IMG/VR virus record: IMGVR_UViG_3300020395_000036
Location: 1-38,829 of that record
Origin: a virus
Taxonomy: Duplodnaviria > Caudoviricetes
DNA: 38,829 bases
Reading direction: 5' to 3' (one strand)
Shown piece after piece: positions 20,301-28,600 of this stretch. Made by a program: the position numbers and the translations under genes. The notes beneath the pieces are model-generated. The model had not been told where the DNA came from, ran no database searches, and saw nothing but the letters and a program-made list of their open reading frames with translations. How positions within the stretch are numbered: the first letter of the stretch is position 1; every line of letters starts with the position of its first letter.

Positions 20301-20932
20301 ATAAGGTAGCACCTCAAGTGATAATTGAAAATCCTTTATATAAGACTGAAGATGTTAATCTTATTAAGTATGGACAAGGATTTACTGGTATTATTACAGG
20401 TATAGGAACTGCTGTTGGAACTGGTGGACATCCACTTGCTCTTGAGTTCTTCTTTAACGTAACTGATGGTAAGCAAGCAAGTTTACTTCAGGCAGGATAT
20501 CCAATTCTAGTTAAAGAAACATCTATTGGTGATGGTGTTACTTCTGTTGATAGTCATGATACTTCAATTGTTGGTATAGGAACAACCTTCCTAGATAATA
20601 TTTACAAGGTACATTCAATAACTGTAGCAGGTGATAAGGTTGCCAAGATTAAGTGTAATGTACTAAGTACAACTAACCATGTAGGTTTAGCTTCTACAGG
20701 TAGATATCTAACTGGAAATGTTGGGGTAACTACTTGTTTGGGTAAAATTACTTGGGGTAGATTATATGGAGACACCACAACTAGAGAAGCAAGTCCAATT
20801 TCAATTGGTGTAACTGGACTTACTATTGATTCTGGTTTATCTACATTCCCAACAATTCAAAGGAGAAATAATGTATTGGGTTCTCTTAAAGGATTGAGGA
20901 ATACAGGTGCTATTAGATTACAAGTATTATAA
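5399..20932 (+). CDS. gp7: giant baseplate wedge initiator gp7 (5177 aa) with repeat and accessory domains
   Basis: Between gp6 and gp8; IESQLPEFV, FIKNARSFYQSKG..SIRILFKVLYG, DYFQNLSYSIKS..LVHPAGLKNF gp7 core motifs; many G.GY repeats; YHYH-type domain. Confidence 0.88.
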   Translation: MSIEFEKRVQVNRIIESQLPEFVVADFPLATELLKTYYISQENQGANADLLDNLDRYIKVDNLVPEVITGTTTLTKEVVITETEILVNSTKGFPSSYGLLKIDNEIITYTGKTDTSFTGCIRGFSGVTGHHVGISSSLDHVNSEHLVFEDTNASGHANESTVTNLSVLFLQEFYKKIKRTFLPGLEDNKFADGIDVGNFIKNARSFYQSKGIAESIRILFKVLYGVEAEVIDLEERLVKPSSAEYIRREIIIADALNGEAQNLVGQTIFKSTDLRTNASVSEVEVLTRDNKLYYKLSLFVGFNDKDLIEGTFTIPGKTKVLEQVVPGESIVSVDSTIGFGQTGNFTVDYLDGNVGIITYTSKTVNQFFGCSDITGNIGIASDLRSTETIFGYENGDLSKRVDLRITGVVSDFVPESDIALISERQEITVKNVGEFIQNPSETTQSYKQIFANSWIYNTSSRYEINGSINSGTTSFTFLSKIDKSSLKVGDSFDIIRRGTNIRVGGGIVKRIDSDYVFTGEGVNYIANEPHSSVFYDIRRNLRKANYDTGNPNAIKLSDGTNKIIADTLNVYVDRDDFGYAASNSLSSHKINQEPLNGTIPSGAPPNIQTGTINALTGVEIDFTEIKFAEKVKFRTGDSIIYTSDKPLLGLNNGSKYFVKSDSTEKVIRLYDTINAIERDAAKEFNQPSDPNATHTFTLEDHYNKEIIPNNILRKFSLGQDLNIPSKEQKQSKNIGLLINGVQLRSNTNDDFITYGPIEKTEVYNSGEGYDVVNPPKIRVGNANTFIKPNGTVGIGTTALVEPVIRGNVKEILVDPQDFDIDNVSSVRLTGGNGKDCFLQPVVGPRYREVEFDSRDIFFSGGLDVQEETITFKSEHNFVDGQLIYYNKNGQDAIGITPFKSAATTVTEYLVNGAPYYVKVLNPKRIRLFKRPEEATFGVAGINTIGFSTATTAAGIHKFRTEAKNTLNSVKVINPGYDYQYRKLPVSPSGISTSYDTINFVNHGFRDGDIVEYSTDGTTIEGLDTSLSYLVIKIDANSFRLAKSDAVGVARTDFERGKYVDLRSTGTGYQIFKYPDIKIETTVSFATTVTGSYEGKITPIIEGEIIDAYTYDNGSNYGSSIINHIIKPDVEIINGKGAEIKAFIDAGKILDIIVLNGGQEYNSLPHIKIEGPTGNGAILRPIISNGKLDDIVVINPGIGYSSTDTNVYVDPRGKNGLLSPQIRRLEIDDIQKRGMNIHLEPSGDDGLIYEVKAYDQSLRDEFGDSGINNAGIGTHSPLIGWAYDGNPIYGAFGYSVPNDIGEVKRLKSGYVKDNTWYDRPEQDSGYFLDDYKFDGSGDLDKYNGRFCKTPEFPNGVYAYFATLDENENPQYPYFIGKTYRSPFISDNLSLNQKFDFNNSTLSRNTLPYKVNDRYANNDFIIESNEIIKQKSVIESVTRGVVDTFQVLDGGKNYKVGDFTSFDNEGTGGSGARGQVDRIVGIGVSNIKTELTTFENATLIWKDAQTVEAHFLPKIELNDQDTVLISGLSTANYKLNNSFKVGISTDIIGLAKTMTVNNNPNGKTEDIYVNIIPNTVSVGGSLRVGDETLKVLNLYGLEKIIRVQRYGTGIGHTYSSEIDVLNNRISIPVKSNYFDSKLNDLVHFNGHQSVGLGTTCGSVIDYEYGEITNTTNVPQQSIYLPGHPFSNGQKIKLSKPLTATSFLVSRDDDASNQFYIPDQSTAISELYVVDKGTDYIGLATNVGAASTESGLFFFGNGDNNYQYLIESDHDQLTANIDRVVSTVTTKVALANTTTHGLAVGDLIDLDVVPNIAVGIGSTAPLTVSFNDEHQKLLINEVSFNATAVVLNTDTITIPDHGYKTGTKVFYDNQEIISGSSLVGGLSVGAYYVHTIDSNTINLCETYKDSIVTPPRIVDLTGQGNNKHTLSLINPPITVVKNSDLTFGVGSTSLENYKLKFFYDREFKNEFVNATSYDPLESVQASFSVVGVGTVGVGTFSSSPVVGAAVSIGFSTACPSVLYYALEHNGYISTADTGVYDYSEIRFVDSAYSGEFRVFDVDDETFKISPRSVPEVLEYHDNQCDLFEYSSKSGNIVGPIKSIKTISEGFSYKSIPGFTSITSADGENANVVALSTSIGRINNLRIIDYGFEYSADKTLRPEAYISPIVRVDDLDVIESIKVINPGAEYLSAPDVILFNPESKKVVDTTSLLATVPNQGISEINVIAPIKGLDSVNHRVITINNSNGIGIVSMTTEGTVARCVMETPINGYDVPPFAPGDEIFVEGILMGWESGIGTQTSSTAGISTEGTGYNSEDYDYQFLKVKSYDSSNPDVLKFDLVGLTTNPGIAKTYQTGYANIVNRKNYPVFETDQKRAEFTISENLLVSQGNPFVKSDLTVTETRDDYIKVDGLDNLRIGDRIAGESSGTSATVVGIDNQYAKFNVDYSNRQDYGWTDNTGKLSEDFQVTPNNDYFQNLSYSIKSEKTWDDIVDPVNRLVHPAGLKNFADTVVETTLVGVGIGSTFFTTPTLVLDVVGERRVDTINDFDLGIDFEPRESGNTRDSKFVDFQNAKLTDYSKCKTNRVLIHDDISGRFSSKGIQDLFTEIEELNTNYARYLVQIVDADTFDIQISDLIVLTSTENAYLIEKSLDYSNMKLGDFSADVDYFKRKTLLFTPTDKFDKDHDIKLLKTSFNTDNITDGTKEFGSVDLIGNNVSVSAGRTMFSATISGTTLTTTDFDLLGLKHVNGLPTTDSLVGIGTTVSGLGLIKDTLGNELTEIVSIDSSSTATIKINPDTTPNAPTVPSTYTTPVTGQFGFINTPYFVNNGVGGLDPVAVPIGVSTSNIMEFADTNCNAFYASVVAKDDVTGELDYTEAIVNVNGSDVSISQLYADLTQTSLSIIDNGTVGILTASYDSGTIKFDCINERRSTIRLSTSVVGLGTTSAGIGTYRFNVPGQPQGAERTARYESTYNTTEVGTGVTVASIDRTIDSTVKSIIKVRQGDKFAIHQPILIHDQNNDAITVQYPHIGEVSGLGTFGSETDTQNVNLVFYPDDTGLVEVQSYNEVFNTINDFANEPDVLQYGPVTSDLLLTSYDGVNGTRGNKVNFNLTYQGIPIYVKKFNPTDTTRVITDSTPGAGTTFAIPNHFFNTNEELTYTPESTFIGVPPVSVGIAATLDADGSLVTVMPSKVFVKAGSADKFQIYSRKEYIDVGNPITITTNGSGNAHKFEMTKKLSKTVIGLDGIVQQPVTYTAIKHSLPSNIGIGISQFALSGISSVQPRDVLKINNEYMKVEQVGFATEVDATINSSEDWASIPVVRVKRGALGIDASTHSAGDEVRIHRGSFNIVDSTAWFLDPPKGNTRSRRNDTNIPYVRAEYSGRTFLRTNYDTNMVFDDISDSFTGIGKTYTLTVGGANTVTGVGVGNGILFINGVFQTPLTLNNLGNNYEIEGNATAGVSSVTFTGISSENGQKIESEFDINQNQLPRGGLIVSMGSTTGLGYAPLVGARVLAKETNGVLDSIVSIASSVGPIGSGIETAHYDPVTGIMTVTTNTVHGFALESPETVKLEDLHFTCPTYTIGQPITGTTYNPATGDMVIKIAGHGLSNGDSVKLKEESITFSCGFGGATGSAAEKSYPRKTDPAYDRYMYISDVTTDTFKVNVLFGVTPTNTDAHTFVSATTDCVQSLNYIGVTTSIFQNHERPIPLVGVTSERSFQVNVGITSIHHNYLKGGGVYAFYDELTPGSGYREPVSIGVTDINYLHKFVSATTDAITAYTGSFMGQNLNPTLADYNSETGSLLFTTEVHGIPEPVDLDINDAKYDARVGILTAYAGTNFDVSGATYDPTTGNMVLEIGDHDVDTNDKVKIAPNSITFSCTFDNQVGIDSHKSYPRSSGTGNAGGGADPAYDTYLNVIAADKLAGTITVKVLTTTPSTNTDPHLFVSATDGCVFVPRVFTNNEQVKFVDGAITFKCDMDGNTTEHPYPRLSDPARDKWLLVSQANNNKFEVQVGMSPLVGWTPQLTGTSYDPNTGLMVLEIGAHTLKAGERVRLDPLSLKFSCGFGGATGSAAEKSYPRSTDPYYNTAIPIQSVTETSITLQVLTSVPSTNTDPHTFVSATTGAVKSGGFYPHTYVSSIAKGVRATKSMKIATNSLTFKCSKDNFIGNHTYPRATDPAYDTFLPITGASQNTLLTNIGPGGGAGTGAVVTAMVAPNRHKFVNAIGTHKYVDSISDAVTVAGVKRDVSNAVYTPSTGDFTLTIGNHSFTTSDTVTIAPKAIIMTCDADSHGSNHAYPRPTDPAYNTPLAITAVTAQKITCNVGKPAQIESVTADVGGPFTANTAAYDPQSGIMTVTTANAHGFTASDTLSTNTAIYDPRAGVCTITTTTNHGLSNGDWVKLEDNSIFFECSEDNYASEHSYPRSTDPLSNKWVQITIDGADKIEIQALSTLPSTNISAHQYLRSVENNIQKANNRVKFATGSLVFQCNKDQYSTNHAYPRTTDPYYDTFMGVETIVSTKKFTVNVGKSPAGTGGALEFTIVDGGSGYVNPELMIPQPVYEDMPIVGVSRLGVGKTTDTGENLLLNIKVGSASTAVGIGSTLFEISDFAISRPGHSFKVGDRFKPIGLVTSSELREPLKEFELEVVEIFNDFFAAWQFGEIDFIDNIENLQNGVRRRFPLFFNGQLLSFETDENDSISSDIDLNAVLLIFVNGVIQTPGIAYQFEGGATFTFTEAPDTGDKVDIFFYLGQRGIDVEIIDIQETIKPGDDIRLLRYVPGRLDQNRNRTVKEILSSDILETDIYTGPGIDSLDDFIWRPVDWEKQKVDKIIEGSLVSKDRESIEPCVYPTAKVISDVKIDSGIGLDLQDGIFVDDAEIFFYEEGPLRLPSSERYGVTVDAVDTILMPAAPDQTPADVTLVLGNNVGTGNTEVTSYTIANNGKGYLTTPTVRISNPPEIGVGIGSTATATATISNGSLTALTITSSGYGYKVAPQVIIENPLYKTEDVNLIKYGQGFTGIITGIGTAVGTGGHPLALEFFFNVTDGKQASLLQAGYPILVKETSIGDGVTSVDSHDTSIVGIGTTFLDNIYKVHSITVAGDKVAKIKCNVLSTTNHVGLASTGRYLTGNVGVTTCLGKITWGRLYGDTTTREASPISIGVTGLTIDSGLSTFPTIQRRNNVLGSLKGLRNTGAIRLQVL
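9218..9525 (+). other. YHYH-family-like domain within gp7
   Basis: HSPLIGWAYDGNPIYG...DLDKYNGRFCKTPEFPNGVYAYF...YPYFIG. Confidence 0.75.
16220..16272 (+). repeat. 53-nt exact direct repeat, copy 1
   Basis: tttagttgtggatttggtggtgctactggttctgctgctgaaaagtcatatcc, identical to 17528-17580. Confidence 0.9.
17528..17580 (+). repeat. 53-nt exact direct repeat, copy 2
   Basis: Identical to 16220-16272 (encodes FSCGFGGATGSAAEKSYP). Confidence 0.9.
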
Positions 20933-20936
20933 TGAC

Positions 20937-20944
20937 TATAAATA
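20937..20944 (+). promoter_or_regulatory. T4-type late promoter
   Basis: TATAAATA in the gp7-gp8 intergenic gap. Confidence 0.8.
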
Positions 20945-20965
20945 AACAATAAAAGTATATTTAAG

Positions 20966-22597
20966 ATGCCAGCGATTGTTACTGACCAATTTAGAATACT
21001 TAACGCTAGTAATTTTGTAGATTCTGTTACAAATAATAACTACTACGTTTTTATTGGTTTGCCAAACCCAACCCAAACAAAAGAGGGTGGTATTATAGGG
21101 TATGGTAGATCCGAAACTTGGAATCAGTCTTCAGAAACACCTAGACCACTTGATAGTTTTTCCAGCAATGCTCATGTTGGAGATATTATGATGTTTGGTA
21201 AGAAAATACAAGCAAAGAATATAAGAAGAGTTATTAAGAGAATTGACTGGAAAGCTGGTGAAAGATATGAGATTTATCGTGATGATTATAGTCGTGAAAA
21301 TCAAAGTCCAAATACTCAAGCAAATAAGTTATACAGATCCAGATATTATGTAATGAACTCTGAATACAAAGTTTATATTTGTATTGATAATGGTGGATAT
21401 GGTTCTAATACATCTCAGACTGCTAAAGGAAATGTATCTCAAGATGAGCCAACATTTACTGATTTAGAACCATCTAAAGCTGGTAGTAGTGGTGATGGGT
21501 ATTTGTGGAAATATCTATTTACAGTTTCACCTAGTGATATTATTAAATTTGATTCTACTGAATATGTTGCTGTTCCTAATGATTGGGAAACTAGCACAGA
21601 TCCTCAAATAAGAGCAGTTAGAGAAAATGGAGATTCTATTTTAAATAATAACCAAATTAAACATGTATATATTGAAGATGCTGGAAAATCTTATTCAAAT
21701 TTAACTGGACAAGAAGTTAACATTGTTGGTGATGGAATTGGTGCTAAAGCAAGAGTTGATGTTAATTCTGATGGCAATATTACTGATATAACCGTTACTT
21801 CTGGTGGTAAGGGATATAGTTATGGATTAGTTGATTTGGGTGCGGTTAATACCAATTCAGGTGGATCAAGTGCTAAATTAGTTCCTATTATTCCTCCAAG
21901 TAGAGGACATGGTTATGACATTTATCAAGAATTGGGAACCGATAAGATTTTAATTTATGCTAGATTTGATGATAGTACTAAAGATTTCCCAGTAGATACT
22001 AAATTTGCTGTAGTTGGTATAGTAAAAAATCCTACTAAGATTGATCAAGTAACAGTCTTTAATGAAAATCAGTTTTCATGTTTAGATGCTATGTTATTTA
22101 AAGATGATCAATTAAGTCAAGATCCAACTCAACAAGTGACAGGAAATCCACAAGTAGGTGAAGTAATTGAGCAAACACAAACTGATGCTTTGTCTGGTGC
22201 TTCAGTTAAAGCAAGAGCATATGTTGCTTCATTTGATGAAGATACTAAAGTATTAAAATATTTTACTGATAGATCATTAAATTATAGTGGATCTCAGGAT
22301 CAAACAGATTATATTGGTATATCTACATTGGGTAGACATTATTCCTTTACTTCATCTGATGGTGTTGTTGAAGGAAAAACTTCTGGATTTAAGGGTTATA
22401 TCAATAATAAGTATACTGGAATCACAACTAATCCTACTGGAAATAAGCAAGTTGATCTAGGAATGGCCTTCACAGAAGGGTTGGCGAAATCCGAGATAAA
22501 TAAAGGATCAGGGGAGTTGGTTTATATTGACCATCGACCATTGATTGCTCGAAATGAGCGACAAAAAGAAGACGTTAAAATCATCCTGGAATTCTAA
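20966..22597 (+). CDS. gp8: baseplate wedge subunit gp8
   Basis: MPAIVTDQFR, RRVIKRIDW, YYVMNSEYKVYICIDN, DGYLWKYLFT, SGELVYIDHR..I.R..RQKEDVKIILEF. Confidence 0.93.
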   Translation: MPAIVTDQFRILNASNFVDSVTNNNYYVFIGLPNPTQTKEGGIIGYGRSETWNQSSETPRPLDSFSSNAHVGDIMMFGKKIQAKNIRRVIKRIDWKAGERYEIYRDDYSRENQSPNTQANKLYRSRYYVMNSEYKVYICIDNGGYGSNTSQTAKGNVSQDEPTFTDLEPSKAGSSGDGYLWKYLFTVSPSDIIKFDSTEYVAVPNDWETSTDPQIRAVRENGDSILNNNQIKHVYIEDAGKSYSNLTGQEVNIVGDGIGAKARVDVNSDGNITDITVTSGGKGYSYGLVDLGAVNTNSGGSSAKLVPIIPPSRGHGYDIYQELGTDKILIYARFDDSTKDFPVDTKFAVVGIVKNPTKIDQVTVFNENQFSCLDAMLFKDDQLSQDPTQQVTGNPQVGEVIEQTQTDALSGASVKARAYVASFDEDTKVLKYFTDRSLNYSGSQDQTDYIGISTLGRHYSFTSSDGVVEGKTSGFKGYINNKYTGITTNPTGNKQVDLGMAFTEGLAKSEINKGSGELVYIDHRPLIARNERQKEDVKIILEF

Positions 22598-22603
22598 AGT
22601 AAA

Positions 22604-25600
22604 ATGCCACAAAAGACTAATTTAAATATAAGTCCTTATTACGATGATTTTGATAAGGCGAAGAACTATTATAAGGTTTTGTTTAAACCTGGATACCCAG
22701 TTCAAGCAAGAGAATTAACAGGATTACAATCAATATTACAGAATCAGGTAGAATCTTTTGGTAATCATATCTTTAAAGAAGGATCTATGGTTATTCCTGG
22801 ATCTGTTACATATGATAGTACATATTTTTCATGTAAAGTAAATCCAGATCATTTAGGAATAGATATTAGCATTTATCTTGATGCTTTAATAGCTAATGGT
22901 GGAACTAAAATAAAAGGTCAGACATCTCAAATTTCAGCAAAAATTATAAATTATATTCTACCACCAAAAGAAGGTGTTGATGAAATTACAATATTTGTTA
23001 AATATACAAGTTCAGATACTGCTGGTGAAAGTACACATTTTCCAAGTAGTGAGATAATTGTACTTGAAGAGAATGTTACTTATGGTAATACAACAATAAA
23101 TTCTGGAGATACTGTACTAACTTTAGTTTCTGATAACCCTACAGCAACTGGTTCTGCCGTAGGTGTCGATAAAGGTGTATATTTCTTAAGAGGAACTTTT
23201 GTAGATGTACCAAAAGCAACAGTTGTTTTAGAACCATATTCAAATAAACCATCATATAGAGTTGGTTTTGAAATAGTTGAAGAAATTGTAACATCAAATG
23301 ATGATACTAGTTTAAATGATAATGCTAAAGGATTTACAAATTACGCTGCTCCTGGTGCTGATAGATTTAGAATAACTACAAAATTAACTAAAAAAGCACT
23401 TGATGACTTTGATGATATTAATTTTGTTGAATTAGTTAGAGTTAGAAAGGGTGAAATTAAAAAGATACAAAATTCAACAGTATACTCTGAAATTAGAAAG
23501 TGGATTGCTAAGAGAACATATGATGAATCTGGTAACTATGCTTTAGATCCATTTAATGTAACTGTCCAAAATTCTCTTAATGATGAGATAGGATCTAATG
23601 GTCTATATCTAGATACAGAAAAAACTGATGAAGGTGGCACACCAACAGACGATTTAATGTGTGTTAAGTTGTCTCCAGGTAAAGCATATGTTAGAGGATT
23701 TGACGTTCCTTTGCCAGGTACTACAGTTCTTGATGTTGATAAGCCAAGAGATACTAAAACAATAAAATCATCGAGTGTCCCATTCAGGATGGGGAGTCTC
23801 TTAAGAGTTAACAATGTAGAAGGAACTCCTTTTGTTAGTATTGGTACTAAAAAGGGTGGTGCTGCACAAGTTGGTGTTGGTAATACTGTTGCTCTTTATG
23901 CTAGAAGAAAAGGATCTACCTCAGGTGCTACACCTCAAAATGACGTTGGGTCAGCAGTAGTTGGACAAGCAAGAGTATATTCATTTAATGCTTCAGACGA
24001 TACTTATAAGGGTGATGATACTGAATGGGATCTTTTCTTATATGATGTACAAACTTATACAGTTCTTACGATAGATCCAGGTCAAGGTGGATTATTGTAT
24101 CAATCAGGAACTTTAGCACCATCAGGTTCTAGAGTAAGGGGTATGAATAGTGGTGCTACAGGATATGTAGAGGATCATCCTAATACCAATGAAATTAATA
24201 TTATTCAAACATCAGGTACTTTTGTACAAGGTGAAAAAATAGTATTTAATGAAAGAACAAGTAATGTTGGTGTTAATACTTCAACAGCAACTATAGAAGC
24301 AGTTACAACATATACAACTGATGATATAAAATCAGTTTTCCAACAATCTGATGATATTGGTGGATTAGGTGCTGCTTTTAGTGCTGATGCTGTTTTATAT
24401 CCAAGAACTTTACCTAATTTCTCAAAAGGAGATATACTTAATGTTGAAGATGATAAAGGAACATCTTTAAATAGAAGATTTAGTGGTAATATTGGTATAA
24501 AAACCGATAGTATTATTCAATATAATGTAGCAGGTACTATTGATGGTAATTCTGTTCCTGTACCAAAATGGAATAGAGTTTCAGCAATATCAGCAAATGG
24601 GACAGAATTAACTTTTGATACTATAGAAACTGTTGATAATCTTTGTAATGGTATGAAGTTAAGTGGTGGAGCAAAGTCAGAGTCAACATTCTCAGTAATG
24701 TCACCTAGACTTATAAATCTCAATCGCTCTGGTTTATACAGTAAGTTAGCAAAGAAAAATATTGCTTCTGCTGATTTTTCAAGTTCAAACTTAACTATTA
24801 CTAGACAACTTAGAAATAGAACAGTATCTGCTACTGGAATAACAATTAATGCAAGTGAAGCATTTGAAAATTCGGGTGAAGATGGTGCTCTAGGTATTAC
24901 TACAGCATTTTTTGAACCATTTGATGCTGAGAAGTATTCTATTCATTATTCTGATGGTACTATAGAGAAATTAACTTCAGATCAAGTAGTTATTACTACT
25001 GGAGGATCTGTTATTAATTTCAAAGCATTGGCAAAGACTAGTGGAAGTGCTGATGTAAATGTTACGTTAAAGAAATTAGGAATTGCTAGTAGAACAAAAA
25101 ATTATATTAGAAGTGAAAAACTAGAAGTAACAAAATCAAATAATGTTTCTACAGAAGCAAGTGGTCTGTCTCAAAGTAAATCATATGGTTTAAGAGTAGA
25201 AGATCAAGAAATATCATTGAATGTTCCAGATGCCGTAAAGGTATTGGCAGTATATGAGTCTACAAATACAGCAACACCAGTTTTAGATTCTTTAGAATTT
25301 GTTTCTGGTTTAGGATTAGATGTTAATACTTATGTTGGAGAACAAGTTATTGGTACTCAAAGTAGGGCGATTGGTCAAGTTGTTAATAGAAAAAGTGCAA
25401 CAACAACTGAATTTGTTTATTTAAATGGTAATAAGTTTGTAAAAGGTGAAACAGTAAAATTTAAGGAATCAAATATAAGTTCTGTAGCCCAGAAAGTGAC
25501 AGAGGGTAGTTATGTTGATAGAACAGATAATTATGATCTTGATAAAGGTCATAGAAAACAGTTCTCAGATTACTCTAGAATTGTTAGAAAAGGTACTTCT

Positions 25601-28600
25601 GGTAAACCTTCTAAGAGATTATTAATTATTTTTGATTACTATGAAGTAGCTCCAAATACAAGTGGAGATTTCTTTACAGTAAACTCATATACTAAGGAGA
25701 GATACACTAAGGATATTCCAGCTATTGCTGGTAATAGAGCATCTGATGTTCTTGATTTTAGACCAAGAGTTAGAAAGTTTGTAGAATCTGATCTTCCATT
25801 TACAACAGATGCGAAATCACCTTTTGCTTATAGTCATAGAATATTTGAAACAACAACTAGATACGTTGTTACTCCAGATGAAAGTACTATTGTTGGATAT
25901 AGTTATTACTTACCTAGAATTGATAAGTTAGTTATTAATAAGAATGAACAGGTAAAATTAATAAAAGGTGTATCTGATGATAGACCAGCACCACCTACTG
26001 AGGTTGGTGATTCTATGGAGATCGCACAAATAACATTACCCCCATATTTGTATGATCCCGTCAAAGGACCAGCAATAAGAATGTATGATAATAGAAGATT
26101 TACTATGCGAGATATTGGAAAACTTGAAAAGAGGATTTCCAATCTTGAAGTAATGACTTCTTTAACGGCACTTGAATTAGATACAAAGTCTCTTCAAGTG
26201 ACTGATGCTGATGGTACAGATAGATTTAAGAGTGGTTTTGTTGTTAATGATTTCAAAAATAGAGATTTTATCAATTTTAATGGCGAAGATTCTTCTAGAT
26301 GTGACGTTGATGTAATTAATCAAGAGTTAATTAGTGCTGTTGATTCTTGGTCAATGAAAGCAGAACTAGGAGTTAATCCTGCTATTGATGTTCAAACTGC
26401 TGATATGTCATCTAATTTAAGTTTATTAGATCCAAATTGTCAAAAAACAGGTGATTTAATAACTCTTAAATATGATGAAGTAGAATGGATTAATCAACCA
26501 CAGGCATCTGGTTTTGAAAATATCAACCCATTTAATGTTATTGTATACGTTGGTGCTGTTAAATTAGATCCACCATCAGATAATTGGACTAGAACAATTT
26601 ATATTGATAACTTTAGGCAAGAATCAACAGGAAATACTTGGAATACTATAGCAAACGTTGTTTCAGATACAACTACGACTGATACTGATGTATCTGTAAC
26701 TTCCGAAGAAATTGAAACGGATCAAGATGTATTTGATGGAAATCATGTTGACACTACAACCACAACCACAACTACTACAACACAAACAGTAGAAACTAGT
26801 TTCACCAATCAAATGACTGGTGATAATAGAGAAATGGATTATATTGAGAGTGTTAAGATAAGTGGTGCAACAGATCCATTTATGAGATCTAGAAATGTTT
26901 ATTTTGCTGCTAATGGATTAAAACCAGATACAAAGCATATTCACAAATTAGATAGTGGTGTACCAGATGTCTTCCCTAAATTAATTGAGATTACAACAAC
27001 ATCAGGATCTTCTGGATTCTCCGTAGGTGAAAATGTTAAAGTTATGAACGGAGGTGTTCAGATAGGATATGTTAAGGCACAAGCACCTAATCACAAGTTT
27101 GGAGATACTAATAGACCAGAATTTGCTGCTGGATTAGGACATCCTGCAGTTACTGTAGAGAAATATACGGTTGATCCATTTGATATGTCAAGACCTGGTC
27201 CTGCTTCTACATATTCTTCAACTTCAGTATTGTTTAACTGTGATTGTATTGCTTTAGCAAATAGTGATAATTATTGGGGTTATGTTCTTAAAGGAGCAAC
27301 ACTTATTGGAGAGACAACAGGAACTGAAGCAACTGTAACCAATATTGATTTAATGTCTGATAATTGGGGAGATGTTCTTGGAGCATGGTTCTTTAGAGAT
27401 GCTAATGTAACACCACAACCATCAGTATTATTCTATACTGGAACAAAGACATTTAGGATAACTGCCAATACAACAGGAGAATTTGTTCCTCCAGGTGCTG
27501 GTGCTCTTTCTAGTGATGCCACAGGAACATATAGGGCAACTGGTACTATCTTAACTCAAACTACAGGTACTGTTGGAGTTAGAAACCCACCCCCACCTGC
27601 ACAAAAACCTAATGAGATTACTAGTACGGTAAATGTAAATTCTGATTCTTCCACAACAAGAGTAGAAGCACCGTATAGGGATCCTCTAGCACAATCATTT
27701 ACTGTTGATGAAACAGGGGCATTTTTAACTTCTGTTGATGTATTCTTTAGAACTAAAGATGATAATGCTAAAGTTTTTGTTGAACTTAGAGAAGTTGAAT
27801 TGGGAACACCAACTACTTTCCTTGTTCAAGATTTTGCTCAGACTACATTAAATCCAGATCAAATTAAAGTTTCAACTGATGCTTCCGAAGCAACAACTGT
27901 TAAATTCCCATCACCAATTTATCTAGAGTCTGGAAAAGAATATGCTATCGTATTCTTATCACCAGGATCTGATGGATTTGAGATGTATGTTGCTACTATG
28001 GGTGAAAAGAATCTCACTCCACCTGTAGGATTACCAGCAACCAGTGATCAATCACAATTTGGTGTGGTAACTAAACAGTATATTGGTGGTAGTTTATTTA
28101 AATCACAGAACGGTTCAATTTGGACACCAAGTCAGTATCAAGATCTTAAATTTACTCTCAGAAAAGCAGCATTTGCTTCTTCAGGAACTGCTACATTCTA
28201 TAATACTTCTATTGAACCTGGTAACGGTAATACAATGAGATTACCAACTAACCCAGTTAGAACATTACCAAGAAAAATTAGATGTTCAGTTACAAATATC
28301 ACTGAAACAGAAGCTGAGTCTATTCCAGTTGGAAGAAAAATCAGTACTGGTTTAATAACAGATAAAGAAGACAATTCAATTACTGGTGTAATTGAAGATA
28401 GAGGTGGTCCAATAGAATCTGCTAAATTAAAACTTATCAATAAGGGTGCTGGATATTCTGCAGGTACTACTGCTGAACAATCTGGCGATAAAAATGTTGC
28501 TGCTGCTGAGTTCATTTCTAATGGTAGTGGAACAGGAGCAACAGCAAACGTTACAATTGATAATGTTAATGGGGTTGTAAAATCAATTAATAGTAATACA

